Position numbers and translations under genes: made by a program
Shown: positions 57,838-64,000 of the stretch, one piece after another
How positions within the stretch are numbered: the stretch's first letter is position 1
Layout: each line of letters opens with the position of its first letter
Assembly (NCBI GenBank): GCA_964036045.1
Contig: OZ038378.1
Span: forward strand, 199,640,001 to 199,704,000
Direction of reading: 5' to 3'
Source of the DNA: Eutreptiella sp. 'Long Island Sound 2002'
Taxonomy: Eukaryota > Protista > Euglenida
Length of the DNA stretch: 64,000 nucleotides
The notes under the pieces: generated by a model
Told to the model about the DNA's origin: nothing
Seen by the model: the letters and a program-made list of their open reading frames with translations, nothing else
Database searches by the model: none

Positions 57838-60800
57838 GGTGCCGATGGGCTGTAGAGGGGCTGCACAAGACAAGGAAATACGACCATCATGCAGGAGCTG
57901 GGACAGTCCCTTGGGCCGTCTCAGCAGCCGGCATGATTGAAATCAAACTGATTGCATCTTAACCGCTTTGATGTGCATGGATGGGGCTTTTGGTGTGCGT
58001 TTGGGGGGGGGGGGTCGTTCAGGCCACAGCAAATGACATCATCGAATCCAGTCGCAGCAGGCAGTGAGGGCAGATATTTATTGGTTTTGTTTGGGTTTTG
58101 GTTGTTTTGGTTGGATCATATTGCTCGCTCAGAGAAATGGTAACAGGGTAACGCTACAGGGGTGACAATATTCGTTGCTGACGGACGCTCCTGTGGTTTC
58201 TAAGGTCTGAAACACATTTCTTGAATTGTTGGATGTGTGAGGGTTGGGTTGCATTCAGCAGACTACCATGTGGGTGTTAAGTGTTTTTCGTTCAGTAGAT
58301 TTGTTGTGTTGCAGAATTGATTCCTTTTGGGCATTTTGCTCTGTGGTTTGTATACTAAGCAGACAAATGGATGCCACCCGAGACGAATTTCCCAGGGTTT
58401 CACCCTGGAGCAGCGTCAATTGGATGGTGGCCGCATGAATGCATTTGTTGTGATTTGCCTGGGCTTTGTGAATTTTGGACACTTTCAGCTGTCATGCTGA
58501 GCCCTGATTGTCCATAGTTGTTGCTTCAATTTCGCATCATGCATGAGTTTTGAAGTTTGTCTCTACAAGCTTTTTCCAGTTCATGTGTTGTTGCCAAAAC
58601 ATTGAGTGTTTGCGGCATTATGCATCTTCGTGGTTCACAACTCCATCAGGCTTGGATGGATGGATGTGACAATGACAGATAGCCCAACGCATCAGTGAAA
58701 CAGGAAGCTGCTGCGGCATCTGGATGGTGTGGGCTGAAATAAAAACACCACTGTTGTGGACAACAAACGCCCCCCAATTGTGGACAAAACCCCCACCTGG
58801 TGGGGGTGGGGTACGTTCATTTCACAGTTGCATGTTGGTGCACGATATGGCTCAACGTATCTAAAACAAACATATGATCTGGGATCTTCATATTTCATTT
58901 TGGGGGCGTTCCACCAAATCAAAGCTCCTACGCAAAAGACACAAGGCCTTTGTGTGATCTTGGTCAGATTCATTGAACCCATTATCTTTCACAACCTTCC
59001 ACTTTGCTCGCAAGTGCAAGCGCTTCGATTGAAAAAAAGGGTGTCATGTAGCGGTGGTGACCGCGACAGCAAGGCCTCATACGATGTTGGCCCTGTATTG
59101 GAGGGGAAGCCCATTGTGATTTTTTTTAACGCTTCCAGAGGTCTAGGCGCTCCACGCATACAGGATTGGATTTCCTCCCCCTCCCCCCCTGGATGGGGCG
59201 GATCGCAGATCGGACCCCAGCCGCCCCCCCTTTTTTCACCCGGTACCCAGGGTGCAAATCCACTCAAAACCAGCCCAAAACTCCTGCGTTCATTCACAGC
59301 ACTGTACCGTTGATGTATCCATGTGTGGGATGGGGGGTTAGCCGTTCTTCGGGGGTGCAAACCTCTGCTTGCGTGCTTTTAGGGGGCAGCAGCCTGATTA
59401 GGGAGTTTAACGGATTAGTGAGTTTTTGATCCTATTTTGGTCGGGTGTTTTGTACCCTACCTCTGGATGATTCAAGGTCACAACGGAGTTGTACTGGTCA
59501 TGGTATTACTTTTGGAGAAAGTAATGGTGAAATTGTGCAATTCTGCAAGTTGTGGGGCCCGGCAAACAGGACACCAATGCTGGGGATATGAAAAACTGAG
59601 CTTTCAAGAATGAAGTTTTTTTTTGTCCATCAAGGAAATCACGACCAGATGGGGTCGTGCAAAAAAAGTTGCAGATGACTGACATAGGATGGAGAATGTT
59701 TTTGCCATTGAAATGTTTTCCTGCGAAAGCAATTAGTGGCAATATTCAAAAATTGTTCAAACTTTGTTCAAGCTTTTGGCTATGTCGGTGTGACACATTT
59801 TGACACATAGTTAATATTTGTTTCCCATTCATCTATTCATCTGCATTTTCAGTGTCGCAAAAAATTTAACCATAATAACCCCACTAAGAGATGGGAATAT
59901 CAAGCCCATATTTAAGATTGTAGATCCCATGGTATGCGGCATAGGGATACTTCCCGCCATGAACTCACATTGAAAACAATAACCATGGTCGTAATGGGAT
60001 GATGTAATATGATAGAAAAATCAAAAATTTTGTACCTAAAAGTATCTCACACCGCACCTCATTTTTACACCAAACGAATATCAACAAGGGCTAAGGTCCG
60101 CAACTCGATTTCCAAAATAAGTGGTTCTAACTGTGTATTTTGCTCAACAAGAACCGGAAGGTGGACATTCTTTACTTTTAAACAACGGGTGGCTATCAAT
60201 TGTTCAATTCTCCTGCTAACAATCCACAAGCCGCATTGACAATTTCTCCAAAGTACGAAGGTGTTCAAAGCTACAACTTTGTAAATGTTTTCATTGTATT
60301 CAAATCCACTTTTTCATTGTTGTGATTTCTTTTCTTTTCTGGTCCAATTTGTTGTGCTGAACAGAAACATATTCAGCCGGGTGGATCACGACACAAAGTC
60401 TTGGTTTTCAAATCTCTAACACTTGCAAAAGGCGTCATCCATCCATGTACTAGTGTCTTAAGGCACACAAATTTTTTGTACAATGCGGTGGGGTGTCCTT
60501 GGCAGCATCCATGCTTACCATGAAGCCGCTTAGCACATCACAACGTAGAAACAACAAGCACGGAATCTAAGGACATTAAGATGAAACATCAAAGTGCTTT
60601 TAGTTTTGGCACAAAGAAATTGGAAACATAAAAAAACTGCAATCACGGTGGGAGAAACATTTGGCGACATATTGCTATGCTTGAAAAATGTAAGCTAATG
60701 ACCATGGTGGTATGCAAAAGTTCTCTGCGGATGCCAAGTAGTTGCAACCACAAAGGCGTTTTTGAAAAGTATAATGTTGCAAACTACAGCGACATATACC

Positions 60801-62159
60801 TTAGGATGGCATGCAGCATTGAAACAACCTTTCATTGTGACACTAGCAGCCTAAAAAGAAAACGTGCGGCCCCGATGAAATGTTGAATAATGCATGGCAA
60901 TTGAAAAAAGCATGATAGACATTAGTCAACACAAAGAGAAGTGACCTGTCAACATAACTCGTTTAGTCCCCGGGCTCACAAATAACAAAATAGCGATCTG
61001 CCCTGAGGTTATTTAAAGTAGAGCGATGATATGGTGGCATATCTCCGTAGTCCTTGCAGTGTTGGGGTATCCAAACAACGACCAACAACAAGTAGCTTTA
61101 CTGCCCTTACAAACTCTGCCGTCACATTGTCCAAACATTGAAAACCCTATACTATCCTAGACCTACCAAGGAAGAGCGGAGTGACGTGGCTACAAGGGGT
61201 GGTAAGAAAAAATACTTGCACAGTACACACATCCGGATGAGACTAGGGATTGTTGAAACGGCCAAGCCAACAAAATATTAAAGCTAGTTTTTTTGGTGAT
61301 ACTCTTTTTGTCTGTCACAATTTTTTTTTGCTCTAGCAACAAATTTTTTGTAGGTGGTAATTTGTTTTTGTTACTTAGGAGCATTGATTCTGACTGTCTA
61401 CCTTGGTATGCTAAGAGAAAATCTTTTAAAGTTCAAAAAGATGTCTGAGATGAAACCTGCAAATAGCAATTCAAAATGTGTGGGGCCATCCGAAGCCCCC
61501 AAAACAATCTAAAATGTGGAAGGTCAACGGTGGGGCACACTAAAAGTACAATTTAGCACAATCTGGGCAGCTACAACTGTTAGCAATATCATGGTGGTGA
61601 ATTAAGGTTGAAAAGGATCACAAGTATGGAGACTCTTTTGATCTGCGTTTCGCTTCATTTCGTTTTTTGAAGCTGTTCGGCTATAGATGCCAGCCATTGA
61701 CCAATACTACGTATAATGCCAATGCTCTTTTCTACTCGACAATAAATGAACATCAAATTGATGTTAGAACAATTTTAGAATGAAAATAAACCAAAGATTT
61801 GCAAGCAGTGAAAACCAAAACACTATCCGGTTGGTGCCAAGCCCCGGCCCCCCTTCTCCGAACTGTACAAAAAGAACACCTAACTGACATTTCTAACAAC
61901 CTATAGCACCAAAATCTTACATGTTCCTCCGATGTCACAATTTCTTTATCGATTTCCAACTTTCTCTTCTCAGCAAGCCGCATCTTTATTCACAACCATT
62001 CTTTTTACACCCGTCCGTTGGTAGCCCCCCCCGCCCCCACTCTCCTTGATACTTTGACCAAAAGTCACCTCCGGAATCGACACCCTTTGTGTACCAAGAG
62101 GCTTACTTGGTTGATAGTCAGCACGAAGTCCTCCCCTCCCATAGCCTCCGTACCCTTTC

Positions 62160-63120
62160 CTCCACGAACCCCCCCTCCCCTCTGTACCCTCCCCGTACCC
62201 CCCGCCTATACCTCCCTCCCGTACCCTCCCCTACCCCTCCTCGTACCCCCTCCCATAGCACCCCCGTACCCCTGCAATACCTCCCACCCGTATCCCCCCG
62301 GTACCCCCTCGTACCCCCCCTCCGTACCCCCCCCTCCATAGCCTACTCGGCGTCCCCCCGGGACCCCCTTGTGCCTCCTCTGTACCCCCCCTCGTACCCT
62401 CCCCTACCCCCCTTGTAACTGTATCCGAGCTTGCTTCGCTCGACGCGGAGGCTAGCCCCCACACCCTCCCTCCAATAACAAGACTCCTGCGGTGGCTACA
62501 GACCGCTTTTTTTGTGCACCGCCGTGTGTATGCGCCGCTTTGTCTGTGCACCGCCTGAAGTGTGCACCGCCTTGTGTGCAAACCGCCGAACCTTTCCTTG
62601 CCTGGGCTCGCTTCGCTCGACAGACGGCTTGCTTCGCTCCACGCGGAGGCCACCGCCCGTAGCCCCCCTTAAATAACATGACTCCTGCGGTGCCTACGGA
62701 CTGCCTTTTGTGTGCACCGCCTTATGTGTGCACGGCAGTGTGTGTGCACCGCCTTGTATGTGCACCGCCTTGTGTGTGCACCGCCAAACCTTCCCTTGCC
62801 TCAGCTCGCATCGCTCGACGCACGGGCCAGCGCCCGCACCCCTCCCTTAAATAACAAAACTCTTGCGGTGGCTACAAACCGCCTTTTGTGTGCACAATCT
62901 TGTGTATACACCACCCTCGGTGTGCACCGCCTTGTGTGTGAAGTCCCAAGCTTCCTCTCCCCGTACCTCCCCCCTGTACCTCCCCCCCTGTACCCCTCTC
63001 TATACCTCCCCCTGTAGCCTCCCCGTACCCCCCTTCCGTTATCCCCGTACCTCCCATACCATGCTTCTCTTCCATACCCTCCACCAACCCCCCCACCCCC
63101 CTACCTCCGAGGTACGGGGG
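62160..63120. repeat. Composite repeat: (CCCCGTACC)-type arrays flanking three ~190-bp units with nested TGTGTGCACCGCCT subrepeats
   Basis: Units start near 62433, 62630 and 62810 with GCTTCGCTC-like motifs, then AATAACA..ACTC(C/T)TGCGGTG. Confidence 0.85.
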
Positions 63121-64000
63121 AGCAATTTGTGCCGTCTGTGCCTTGGTTGCCCATCTTTGCTTGCTGCACTTCAGCCCCCCCACCCCCAACCACCCTTTCA
63201 CCTGTCAAAACGCAATCCCAAGCTTCGTGGCAAATATTTCATCAAACTAATAGATGGCAAGATAGCCCCAACCCCTCCAACCCCACCAAACACGCCCTCA
63301 TGTCGAAGGAGGGGATAGCCTTCATGGGTCATTGCCGCCAACACCACCGCAAACCTAACCTATGTTGTGATGCCTCCCCCCCCCCCCCCTCCGGCCGTTG
63401 CCACATCCAACCACCACCGACTGAGTGTCAGCCACCTAGGGACATGACTAACAACGGTATCAGCACTTTCACGGAGGTCCATGGCCTATCACCGGCCTTG
63501 TTCTGCTCCCAAATTTGGGGCGGGAGCAGCCCCTGTCACCCTGGCTAAATATGAACTTCGAACTAATTGCTTAATTAAGATCTTTGGTAAGCATTTTTTT
63601 AGTGTGTATTTAAAACCTCAAAATTGTTTCTTTTGGATTTGTAATGACCTTTTATTAAACCGATAGCTTAAAACACTTCAGTAATGTTTTAGATTATTTT
63701 TATTTCTAAATATTTTAGTTTACTTTCTAGACTTTCGATTTTTTAGTTTGTTGCCGAAAGAGGTCTATCTCAAACCATGCTCCAACCCTGTGTCCACATG
63801 GATCCCAAACCATGTCTCAAACCGCATCCCACACCCCCATGCTCCAACCACAAATGCAAACTTACACCCAGCCCGGTCAGACATCCCGAAAGCAAACAGC
63901 AATTCACCCCCTGGTCGAACTGCCTATCACCAGTTGGCGGCAGGGGGGCGTTCTCAAGATTAGGCTTATGCTTAAGGTGTCGGACACCCTCCCCCGGGGG

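Noticed and set aside
58000-61990. Genes in the AT-rich region after SKP1
   Set aside because: Only short ORFs without recognisable motifs or coherent exon chains

Overview
This is eukaryotic nuclear DNA. It is inferred to come from a photosynthetic euglenid (Eutreptiella-like), based on a class-I two-TM plastid presequence, long GT-AG introns and many G/C homopolymers. Five host genes were assembled by hand from splice sites and reading phase. (1) An 8-exon, minus-strand, plastid-targeted AhpC/TSA (PRXL2/SelU-like) selenoprotein, 25315->4148, with an in-frame UGA in a UxxC motif and a SECIS-like hairpin present twice in its 3' region. (2) A long F-box + LRR gene with about 43 87-bp repeats and a decayed 3' part. 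(3) A 5-exon RFWD3-like RING/WD40 E3 ligase. (4) A 4-exon ybeY. (5) A 3-exon SKP1, head-to-head with ybeY. Intron 6 of the selenoprotein gene carries a ~6.9-kb Penelope-like retroelement (Naiad/Chlamys-type RT, no visible GIY-YIG). Its polyprotein continues into a CCCH finger, an intact AMSH-like JAMM deubiquitinase motif, a PHD finger, two KOW/SH3-like modules, a DnaJ J-domain and an unassigned C-terminal domain, and both ends of the element fall in poly-G tracts. The remainder is dispersed repeats (MITEs, hairpin + tRNA-like elements), minisatellites and degenerate mobile-element fragments. All identifications come from reading motifs by eye; no database searches were run.
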